Assembly (NCBI RefSeq): GCF_009914755.1
Contig: NC_060940.1
Length of the DNA: 64,000 nt
Direction: 5' to 3' (one strand)
DNA from: the human T2T-CHM13v2.0 reference genome, Homo sapiens
Position 1 is the stretch's first letter; each line of letters starts with the position of its first letter. Of the stretch, positions 1 to 12,224 are shown in pieces. Below the pieces are notes generated by a model, which was not told where the DNA came from, made no database searches, and saw only the letters and a list, made by a program, of their open reading frames with translations. The position numbers and the translations under genes were made by a program.

Positions 1-3000
1 ATTTGATGATGATTCCATTCGAGTCCACTCGATGATTCCATTCGAGTCCATTTAATGAATCCATTGGTTTCAATTCTATGATGATTACATTGGATTCCAT
101 TCGTTGATGATTTCATTCGGTTCCATTCAATGATGATTCCATTCAATTCCTTTCAATGTTTCCATTCAATTCCATACGATGATGATTCCATTTGATTTGA
201 TTCGACAGTGAGCCATTCGATTCAATTCCATGATGATTCTATTTGATTCAATTGGTTGACATTTCCATTCGATTCCATTCGATGATGATTCCCTTTGATT
301 CCGTTCAAAGATGATTCCATTCTAGCCCATTCAATCATTCCATTCGATTCTATTCAATGATGATTCCATTCATGTCGATTTGGTGATTCCATTTGACTTC
401 ATTTGATGATGATTCCTTTCAAGTTCATTAGATGATTCCATTCGATTCCATTTGATGATGATCCCATTCGAGTCCATTCAGTGATTCCATTCGTTTCTAT
501 TCCATGATGATTCCATTCCTTTCCATTCAATGATTCCATTCGATTCCGTTTGATGATGATTTCATTGGAGTCCATTTGATGATTCCATTTGATTCCATTC
601 GATGATGATTCCATTCGAGTCCATTCGATGATTCTATTCGAATCCATTTGATGATTTCTTTTGATTATATTTGGTGATGATTCCATTGGAGTCCATTCAA
701 TGATTCCATTCTATTCCAATCGATGATGATTCCATTAGAGTCCATTTAATGATTCCATTTGATTCCAGTCTCTGATGATTACATTCGAGTCCATACGATG
801 ATTCCACTCAATTCCATATGATGATGATTCCATTTGATTCCATTCGGTGATTCCATTCTATTCTATTCAATGGTGATTCCATTCGAGTACATTAGATGAT
901 TCCATTCGATTCCATTCAATGATGATTCTATTTGTGTCCCTTAGATGATTCCACATGATTCCATTAGATGATGATACTATTTGAGCCCATCCAATGATTC
1001 CCTTCGATTCCATTCGATGAGGATTCCATTCGATTCAATTCATTGGTGATTCTATTCAATTCAATTCTTTGATTCCATTCCATTCCATTCGACAATGATT
1101 CCATTCGATTTCTTTCGATGATTCCACTCGATTCCACTTGACACTGATTCCATTCGATTCCATTCAATGATTCCATTTGATTCCAGTGGATGATGATTGC
1201 CATCGATTCCATTCGATCACTCCATTCTATTCCATTTGATGATGATTACATTCGATTCCATTTGATGATTCCATCTGATTCTATTCGAGGATTCCATTTG
1301 ATTCCATTCGATGATGATTCCATTCGAGTCCGTTCGATGATTTCATTCGAGTACGTCCAATGATTCCATTCGAGTCCATTAGATGATTCCATTTGATTCC
1401 ATTTGAAAATGATTCTACTAGAGTCCATTCAATGACTCCATTCGAGTCCATTCAACAATTCCATTCGACTCCATTCGATGATTCCATTCGATTCCATTTG
1501 ATGGTTCCATTCGAGTCCATTTAATCATTACAGTCGAGTCCATTTGGTGATTCCACTGGATTTCTTTTGATAATGATACCATTCCATTACATTTGATGAT
1601 GATCCCATTCAATTTCATTTGATGATGATTCCATTAGAGTCCATTCGATGATTTCATTCGAGTCCCTTCATTGATTCCATCCGATTTCATTGGATGATGA
1701 CTCCATTCGAGTCCATTCGATGATTCCACTCGATTCCATTAGATGACTCCATTGGAGTCCATTTGATTGTTCCATTCGATTCCATTCGATTCCTTTCGAA
1801 GATTATTCCATTTGAGTCCATTCGATGATGATTCCATTCCATTCCATTCGATGATTCCGTTTGATTCCATTCGATGATTCCCTTCGATTCCTTTCTTTGA
1901 TGATTCCATTCCATTCCATTCAATGATTCCATTCGAATCTATTCCATGATGATTCCTTTCGATTCCATTCGCTGATGTTTCCATTCAATTCCATTCGATG
2001 ATGATTCCATTCGATTCCATTCATTGAGGATTCCATTTGATTCCATTCAATGATGATTCCATTCTATTCCATTCAATGATTGCATTCAATTCCATTCAAT
2101 GATTATCCCATTAGAGTAAACTCAACGATTCCATTCAATACCATTCGATGATGATTCCTTTTGAGTCCATTCAATGATTTCCTTCAAGTCCATTTGATGA
2201 TTCCTTTCAATTCCATTCTATGATGATTCCATTCGAGTCCATTCGATGATTCCATTCGATTGCATTCGATGATTCCATTACATTCCATTCAACGGTGATT
2301 CCATTCGAGTCCATTCCATGATTCCATTAGAGTACATTTAATGATTGCTTTGTTTTCAATTCGAAGATGATTACATTGGATTCCATTCTATGATACCATT
2401 CGATTCCATTCAATGATGATTCCACTCAAATCCATTGGATGATTCCATTCGTGTCCATTCGGTGATTTCATTAGATTCCATTCGAGGATGATTCCATTCG
2501 ATTCCATTCGATGATTCCATTCAATTCCATTCGATGATGATTCCATTCCAGTCCATATGATCATTCCATTTGATTTCATTCGATGATGATTCCATTCGAT
2601 TCCATTCGACGATTCCATTCTATTCCATTCGATGATGATTCCATTCGAGTCCATTCGATGATTCCATTCGAGTCCATTTAATGATTCCATTGGGTTCAAT
2701 TCAATGATGATTACATTGGATTCCGTTCTATGATTCCATTCAATTCCGTTCATTGACAATTTGATTCCATTCGATGATGATTCCATTTGAGTTCATTCGA
2801 TGATTCTATTCGATTCTCTTCGATGGTGATTCAATTCTATTATATTGGATGATTCCATTCGATTCCATTTGATGTTGATTCAATTCGATTCTATTCGATG
2901 ATGATTCCATTGGATTTCACTTGATGATTCTATTCGATTCCATTCAATGATGATTCACTTCTCGTCCATTGGATGATTCCATTTCATTCCATTCGATGAT

Positions 3001-6000
3001 GATTCCATTCGATTCCATTCGATGATTCCATTTGATTCCATGCGACGGTGAGCAATTCGATTCAATTCCATGATGATTCTATTTGATTCAATTAGATGAT
3101 GTTTCCATTCGAATCCATTCCATGATTATTCCATTGGAATCCATTCGGCGATGATTCCATATGAGTCAATTCAATGATGATTCCATATGGGTCCGTTCGA
3201 TGATAATTCCATTTGATTTCATTCGATGCTTCTATTCTATTCCAGTCGATGATGATTCCGTTGGAGTCCATACGATGATTCCATTTGATTTCATTTGATG
3301 ATGATTCCATTCGATGATGATTACATTGGATTCCATTCTATGATTCCATTCAATTCCATTCGTTGATGATTCGATTCCATTCAATGATGATTCCATTTGA
3401 GTTCATTCAATGATTCTATTCGATTCCGTTCGATGGTGATTCAATTCTATTATATTGGATGATTCCACTCGATTCCATTTGATGATTATTCCATTGGAGT
3501 CCACTTAGTGAATCCTTTAGATTCTACTCGACGATGATTCCATTCGAGTCCATTCGATGATACCATTCAATTCCATTCGTTGATGCTTCCATTCAAGTGC
3601 ATTCGATGATATCATTCGATTCCATTTGATGATAATTCCATTTGATTCCATGCGATGATTCTATTCGATTCCATTCAATGATAATTCCATTCAATTCAGT
3701 GATTCCTCTGGACTCCATTTGATGATGATTCCATTCAATGATTCCATTCGATTCTATTCGAAAATGATTCCATTTGAATCCATTTGATGATGATTCCATT
3801 AGATTCCATTTGATGATTCCATTCGATTCCATTCGACGATGATTCCATTCGATTCCGTTTGATGATTCCATTCTATTCTATTCGATGATGATTCCATTCG
3901 ATTCCATTCGATGATGATTGGATTCGATTCCATTTGATGATTTCATTTGATTCCATTCGTTAATGATTTCGATCAATTCCATTCGATGATTCCATTCGAT
4001 TCCATTCGATAATGATTACATCCGAGTCCATTCGATGATTCCCTTTGAGCCTGTTCGATAATTCCATTTGAGTCCAACCAATGATTCCATTCATTTCCAT
4101 TCAATGATTCCATTCGAGTCCATTTGATCATTCCGGTAGGGTCCATTCGATGTTGATTCCATTGGAGTGCATTCGATGATTCCATTCGAGTCCATTTTAG
4201 GATTTGATTCGAGTCCTTTCGATGATTCCATTCGATTCCACTCGATGATGATTTCATTCGAGTCCATTCGACACTTCCAATCGATTCCATTTGATGATTC
4301 CATTCGAGTCCAATTGATGATTCCATTCAATTCCATTCGATGATGATTCCGTACGATTCCATTCTGTGATGATTCCATGTGATTGCATTCAATGATGATT
4401 CCTTTCGATTGCATTCGATTATGATTCATTTCGTGTTCATTCTATGGTTCCACAGGTTTCCATTCGTGTCCATTCCATTATTCCATTCTATTCCATTTGA
4501 TGATGATTCCATTCGATTCCATTCATTGGTGATTCCACTCAATTCCATTCAATGATTCCATTCCATTTCTTTCAACAATGATTCCATTAGTTTCTAATCG
4601 ATGATCCACTTGATTCCATTTGACGACGATTCCATTCTTGTCCATTCGATGATTCCATTTGATTCCATATGATGATGATTCCATTCGATTCCATACCATG
4701 ATGATTCCATTCGAGTCCATTCAATGGTGATTCCATTCAATTCCATTCGATGATTCCTTTTGATTCCATTCGATGATGATGGCATTCGATTCCTTTCAAT
4801 CATTCCCTTTGATTCCATTCAAAGGTGATTTCATTCAAGTCCATTCGATAATTGCATTCGATTCCATTCTATGATGATTCCATTCGAGTCCATTTGATGA
4901 TTCCATTCAATTCAAGTCAATGATGATTCCATTCGATTCCATTCGATGATTCCATTGGATTCCATTCGATGATGATTCCATTCAAATCCATTCGATAATT
5001 CAATTCAAGTCCATTCGATGATGATTCCAATCGAATCCATTCAAAGATTCCATTCAGTTCCATTCGATGATTCCCTTAGATTCCATTCGATGATTCCACT
5101 TGATTGCATTTACGATGATTCCATTCGATTCCATGTGATGATTCCATTCAATTCTATTCAATGATGTCTCCATTTGATTCCATTCGACCATGATTGCCTT
5201 TGATTCCATTCAATGATTCCATTCGGTTCCGTTTGATGATGATTCCGTTCGATTCCATTTGATGATTCCATTTGATTCCATTGGATGAGTCCATTCGATT
5301 ACATTCGATGATTATTCCATTCGAGTGCATTAGATGATTCCATTCGAGTCCATTCGATGATTCTATTCGATTCCATTCGATGTTGATTCTGTTCAAATCC
5401 ATTCGATGATTCCACTCGATTCCATTCGATGACTCCATTTGATCCCATTCGATGATTTCCTTTGATTCCCTTTGATGATCATTCCATTTGATTCAATTCG
5501 GTGATTTCATTTGATTCCATTCAGTGATGTTTCCATTAGACTCCATTCGATGATGATTCCATTCGACTCCATTCGATTATGATTTCATTCAATTCCATTC
5601 GATAATGATTCCCTTCGAGTCCATTCGATGATTCCATTCGATTCCATTCAACGATGATTTGATTCGTGTCCATTCGATGATTCCATTTGATTCCACTTGA
5701 TGATGATTCCATTCGAGTCCATTTGATGATTCCATTCAATTCCATACTCCGATGATTTCTTTTGAGCCCACTCAATGCTTCCACTCGATTCCATATGATG
5801 ATGACTCCATTCGATGAAATTCGATGATGATTCCATTCGCTTGCTTTCGATGATGATTCCACTTGAGTCCGTTAGAAGATTCTATTCAATTACATTCCAG
5901 GACGATTCCGTTCGAGTCCATTTGATGATTCCATTAGACTCCATTCGACGATGATTCCATTCGATGTTATTCGATGATTCCATTCGATCTCATTCGATGA

Positions 6001-6112
6001 TGATTCCATTCAACTCCATTCGATGTTTCCATTCGAGTTCATTCTATTATTCCATTAGATTCCATTCGATGATGATTCCATTCGATTCCATTTGATGATT
6101 GCATTCTATTTC
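1..6112 (+). repeat. Higher-order unit copy 1 (6112 bp; phase set arbitrarily at window start)
   Basis: ATTTGATGATGATTCCATTCGAGTCCACTCG at 1 recurs at 6113; marker ORFs shift by exactly 6112 (964 to 7076, 4429 to 10541). Confidence 0.95.
2701..3484 (+). repeat. Internal ~174-bp direct duplication within the unit (2701-2874 and 3311-3484, spacing 610 bp)
   Basis: Both segments carry the same non-consensus string: GATTACATTGGATTCC..TTCTATGATTCC...GAGTTCATTC...GATGGTGATTCAATTCTATTATATTGGATGATTCCA. Confidence 0.85.
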
Positions 6113-9100
6113 ATTTGATGATGATTCCATTCGAGTCCACTCGATGATTCCATTCGAGTCCATTTAATGAATCCATTGGTTTCAATTCTATGATGATTAC
6201 ATTGGATTTCATTCGTTGATGATTTCATTCGGTTCCATTCAATGATGATTCCATTCAATTCCTTTCAATGTTTCCATTCAATTCCATACGATGATGATTC
6301 CATTTGATTTGATTCGACAGTGAGCCATTCGATTCAATTCCATGATGATTCTATTTGATTCAATTGGTTGACATTTCCATTCGATTCCATTCGATGATGA
6401 TTCCCTTTGATTCCATTCAAAGATGATTCCATTCTAGCCCATTCAATCATTCCATTCGATTCTATTCAATGATGATTCCATTCATGTCGATTTGGTGATT
6501 CCACTTGACTTCATTTGATGATGATTCCTTTCAAGTTCATTAGATGATTCCATTCGATTCCATTTGATGATGATCCCATTCGAGTCCATTCAGTGATTCC
6601 ATTCGTTTCCATTCCATGATGATTCCATTCCATTCCATTCAATGATTCCATTCGATTCCGTTTGATGATGATTTCATTCGAGTCCATTTAATGATTCCAT
6701 TTGATTCCATTCGATGATGATTCCATTCGAGTCCATTCGATGATTCTATTCGAATCCATTTGATGATTTCTTTTGATTATAGTTGGTGATGATTCCATTG
6801 GAGTCCATTCAATGATTCCATTCGATTCCAATCGATGATGATTCCATTAGAGTCCATTTAATGTTTCCATTTGATTCCAGTCTCTGATGATTACATTCGA
6901 GTCCATACGATGATTCCACTCAATTCCATATGATGATGATTCCATTTGATTCCATTCGGTGATTCCATTCTATTCTATTCAATGGTGATTCCATTCGAGT
7001 ACATTAGATGATTCCATTCGATTCCATTCAATGATGATTCTATTTGTGTCCCTTAGATGATTCCACATGATTCCATTAGATGATGATACTATTTGAGCCC
7101 ATCCAATGATTCCCTTCGATTCCATTCGATGAGGATTCCATTCGATTCAATTCATTGGTGATTCTATTCAATTCAATTCTTTGATTCCATTCCATTCCAT
7201 TCGACAATGATTCCATTCGATTTCTTTCGATGATTCCACTCGATTCCACTTGACATTGATTCCATTCGATTCCATTCAATGATTCCATTTGATTCCAGTG
7301 GATGATGATTGCCATCGATTCCATTCGATCACTCCATTCTATTCCATTTGATGATGATTACATTCGATTCCATTTGATGATTCCATCTGATTCTATTCGA
7401 GGATTCCATTTGATTCCATTCGATGATGATTCCATTCGAGTCCGTTCGATGATTTCATTCGAGTACATCCAATGATTCCATTCGAGTCCATTAGATGATT
7501 CCATTTGATTCCATTTGATAATGATTCTACTAGAGTCCATTCAATGACTCCATTGGAGTCCATTCAACAATTCCATTCGACTCCATGTGATGATTCCATT
7601 GGATTCCATTTGATGATTCCATTCGAGTCCATTTAATCATTACAGTCGAGTCCATTTGGTGATTCCACCGGATTTCTTTTGATAATGATACCATTCAATT
7701 ACATTTGATGATGATCCCATTCAATTTCATTTGATGATGATTCCATTAGAGTCCATTCGATGATTTCATTCGAGTCCCTTCATTGATTCCATCCGATTTC
7801 ATTGGATGATGACTCCATTCGAGTCCATTCGATGATTCCACTCGATTCCATTAGATGATTCCATTGGAGTCCATTTGATTGTTCCATTCGATTCCATTCG
7901 ATTCCTTTCGAAGATTATTCCATTTGAGTCCATTCGATGATGATTCCATTCCATTCCATTCGATGATTCCGTTTGATTCCATTCGATGATTCCCTTCGAT
8001 TCCTTTCTTTGATGATTCCATTCCATTCCATTCAATGATTCCATTCGAATCTATTCCATGATGATTCCTTTCGATTCCATTCGCTGATGTTTCCGTTCAA
8101 TTCCATTCGATGATGATTCCATTCGATTCCATTCATTGAGGATTCCATTTGATTCCATTCAATGATGATTCCGTTCTATTCCATTCAATGATTGCATTCA
8201 ATTACATTCAGTGATTATCCCCTTAGAGTAAACTCAACGATTCCATTCAATACCATTCGATGATGATTCCTTTTGAGTCCATTCAAAGATTTCATTCAAG
8301 TCCATTTGATGATTCCTTTCAATTCCATTCTATGATGATTCCATTCGAGTCCATTCGATGATTCCATTCGATTGCATTCGATGATTCCATTATATTCCAG
8401 TCAACGATGATTCCATTCGAGTCCATTCGATGATTCCATTAGAGTACATTTAATGATTGCTTTGTTTTCAATTCGAAGATGATTACATTGGATTCCATTC
8501 TATGATACCATTCGATTCCATTCAATGATGATTCCACTCAAATCCATTGGATGATTCCATTCGTGTCCATTCGATGATTTCATTAGATTCCATTCGAGGA
8601 TGATTCCATTCGATTCCATTCGATGATTCCATTCAATTCCATTCGAGGATAATTCCATTCCAGTCCATATGATCATTCCATTTGATTTCATTCGATGATG
8701 ATTCCATTCGATTCCATTCGATGATTCCATTCTATTCCATTCGATGATGATTCCATTCGAGTCCATTCGATGATTCCATTCGAGTCCATTTAATGATTCC
8801 ATTGGGTTCAATTCAATGATGATTACATTGGATTCCGTTCTATGATTCCATTCAATTCCGTTCATTGACAATTTGATTCCATTCGATGATGATTCCATTT
8901 GAGTTTATTCGATGATTCTATTCGATTCTCTTCGATGGTGATTCAATTCTATTATATTGGATGATTCCATTCGATTCCATTTGATGTTGATTCAATTCGA
9001 TTCTATTCGATGATGATTCCATTGGATTTCACTTGATGATTCTATTCGATTCCATTCAATGATGATTCACTTCTCGTCCATTGGATGATTCCATTTCATT

Positions 9101-12100
9101 CCATTCGATGATGATTCCATTCGATTCCATTCGATGATTCCATTTGATTCCATGCGTCGGTGAGCAATTCGATTCAATTCCATGATGATTCTATTTGATT
9201 CAATTAGATGATGTTTCCATTCGAATCCATTCCATGATTATTCCATTGGAATCCATTCGGCGATGATTCCATATGAGTCAATTCAATGATGATTCCATAT
9301 GGGTCCGTTCGATGATAAATCCATTTGATTTCATTCGGTGCTTCTATTCAATTCCAGTCGATGATGATTCCGTTGGAGTCCATACGATGATTCCATTTGA
9401 TTTCATTTGATGATGATTCCATTCGATGATGATTACATTGGATTCCATTCTATGATTCCATTCAATTCCATTCGTTGATGATTCGATTCCATTCAATGAT
9501 GATTCCATTTGAGTTCATTCGATGATTCTATTCGATTCCGTTCGGTGGTGATTCAATTCTCTTATATTGGATGATTCCACTCGATTCCATTTGATGATTA
9601 TTCCATTGGAGTCCACTTAGGGAATCCTTCAGATTCTTCTCGAAGATGATTCCATTCAAGTCCATTCAATCATACCATTCAATTTCATTCGTTGATGCTT
9701 CCATTCAAGTGCATTCGATGATATCATTCGATTCCATTTGATGATAATTCCATTTGATTCCATGCGATGATTCTATTCGATTCCATTCAATGATAATTCC
9801 ATTCAGTTCAGTGATTCCTCTGAACTCCATTTGATGATGATTCCATTCAATGATTCCATTCGATTCTATTCCAAAATGATTCCATTTGAATCCATTTGAT
9901 GATGATTCCATTAGATTCCATTTGATGATTCCATTCGATTCCATGCGACGATGATTCCATTCGATTCCATGTGATGATTCCATTCTATTCTATTCGATGA
10001 TGATTCCATTCGATTCCATTCGATGATGATTGGATTCGATTCCATTTGATGATTTCATTTGATTCCATTCGTTAATGATTTCGATCAATTCCATTCGATG
10101 ATTCCATTCGATTCCATTCGATAATGATTACATCCGAGTCCATTCGATGATTCCCTTTGAGCCTGTTCGATAATTCCATTTGAGTCCAACCAATGATTCC
10201 ATTCATTTCCATTCAATGATTCCATTCGAGTCCATTTGATCATTCCGGTAGGGTCCATTCGATGTTGATTCCATTGGAGTGCATTCGATGATTCCATTCG
10301 AGTCCATTTTAGGATTTGATTCGAGTCCTTTCGATGATTCCATTCGATTCCACTCGATGATGATTTCATTCGAGTCCATTCGACACTTCCAATCGATTCC
10401 ATTTGATGATTCCATTCGAGTCCAATTGATGATTCCATTCAATTCCATTCGATGATGATTCCGTACGATTCCATTCTGTGATGATTCCATGTGATTGCAT
10501 TCAATGATGATTCCTTTCGATTGCATTCGATTATGATTCATTTCGTGTTCATTCTATGGTTCCACAGGTTTCCATTCGTGTCCATTCCATTATTCCATTC
10601 TATTCCATTTGATGATGATTCCATTCGATTCCATTCATTGGTGATTCCACTCAATTCCATTCAATGATTCCATTCCATTTCTTTCAACAATGATTCCATT
10701 AGTTTCTAATCGATGATCCACTTGATTCCATTTGACGACGATTCCATTCTTGTCCATTCGATGATTCCATTTGATTCCATATGATGATGATTCCATTCGA
10801 TTCCATACCATGATGATTCCATTCGAGTCCATTCAATGGTGATTCCATTCAATTCCATTCGATGATTCCTTTTGATTCCATTCGATGATGATGGCATTCG
10901 ATTCCTTTCAATCATTCCCTTTGATTCCATTCAAAGGTGATTTCATTCAAGTCCATTCGATAATTGCATTCGATTCCATTCTATGATGATTCCATTCGAG
11001 TCCATTTGATGATTCCATTCAATTCAAGTCAATGATGATTCCATTCGATTCCATTCGATGATTCCATTGGATTCCATTCGATGATGATTCCATTCAAATC
11101 CATTCGATAATTCAATTCAAGTCCATTCGATGATGATTCCAATCGAATCCATTCAAAGATTCCATTCAGTTCCATTCGATGATTCCCTTAGATTCCATTC
11201 GATGATTCCACTTGATTGCATTTACGATGATTCCATTCGATTCCATGTGATGATTCCATTCAATTCTATTCAATGATGTCTCCATTTGATTCCATTCGAC
11301 CATGATTGCCTTTGATTCCATTCAATGATTCCATTCGGTTCCGTTTGATGATGATTCCGTTCGATTCCATTTGATGATTCCATTTGATTCCATTGGATGA
11401 GTCCATTCGATTACATTCGATGATTATTCCATTCGAGTGCATTAGATGATTCCATTCGAGTCCATTCGATGATTCTATTCGATTCCATTCGATGTTGTTT
11501 CTGTTCAAATCCATTCGATGATTCCACTCGATTCCATTCGATGACTCCATTTGATCCCATTCGATGATTTCCTTTGATTCCCTTTGATGATCATTCCATT
11601 TGATTCAATTCGGTGATTTCATTTGATTCCATTCAGTGATGTTTCCATTAGACTCCATTCGATGATGATTCCATTCGACTCCATTCGATTATGATTTCAT
11701 TCAATTCCATTCGATAATGATTCCCTTCGAGTCCATTCGATGATTCCATTCGATTCCATTCAACGATGATTTGATTCGTGTCCATTCGATGATTCCATTT
11801 GATTCCACTTGATGATGATTCCATTCGAGTCCATTTGATGATTCCATTCAATTCCATACTCCGATGATTTCTTTTGAGCCCACTCAATGCTTCCACTCGA
11901 TTCCATATGATGATGACTCCATTCGATGAAATTCGATGATGATTCCATTCGCTTGCTTTCGATGATGATTCCACTTGAGTCCGTTAGAAGATTCTATTCA
12001 ATTACATTCCAGGACGATTCCGTTCGAGTCCATTTGATGATTCCATTAGACTCCATTCGACGATGATTCCATTCGATGTTATTCGATGATTCCATTCGAT

Positions 12101-12224
12101 CTCATTCGATGATGATTCCATTCAACTCCATTCGATGTTTCCATTCGAGTTCATTCTATTATTCCATTAGATTCCATTCGATGATGATTCCATTCGATTC
12201 CATTTGATGATTGCATTCTATTTC
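6113..12224 (+). repeat. Higher-order unit copy 2 (6112 bp)
   Basis: Markers shift by 6112 (7076 to 13188, 10541 to 16653). Confidence 0.95.

Noticed and set aside
4419-4470. Possible inserted foreign sequence or transposon remnant
   Set aside because: It is still alignable to degenerate ATTCC monomers, with no target-site duplication, terminal repeat or poly-A.
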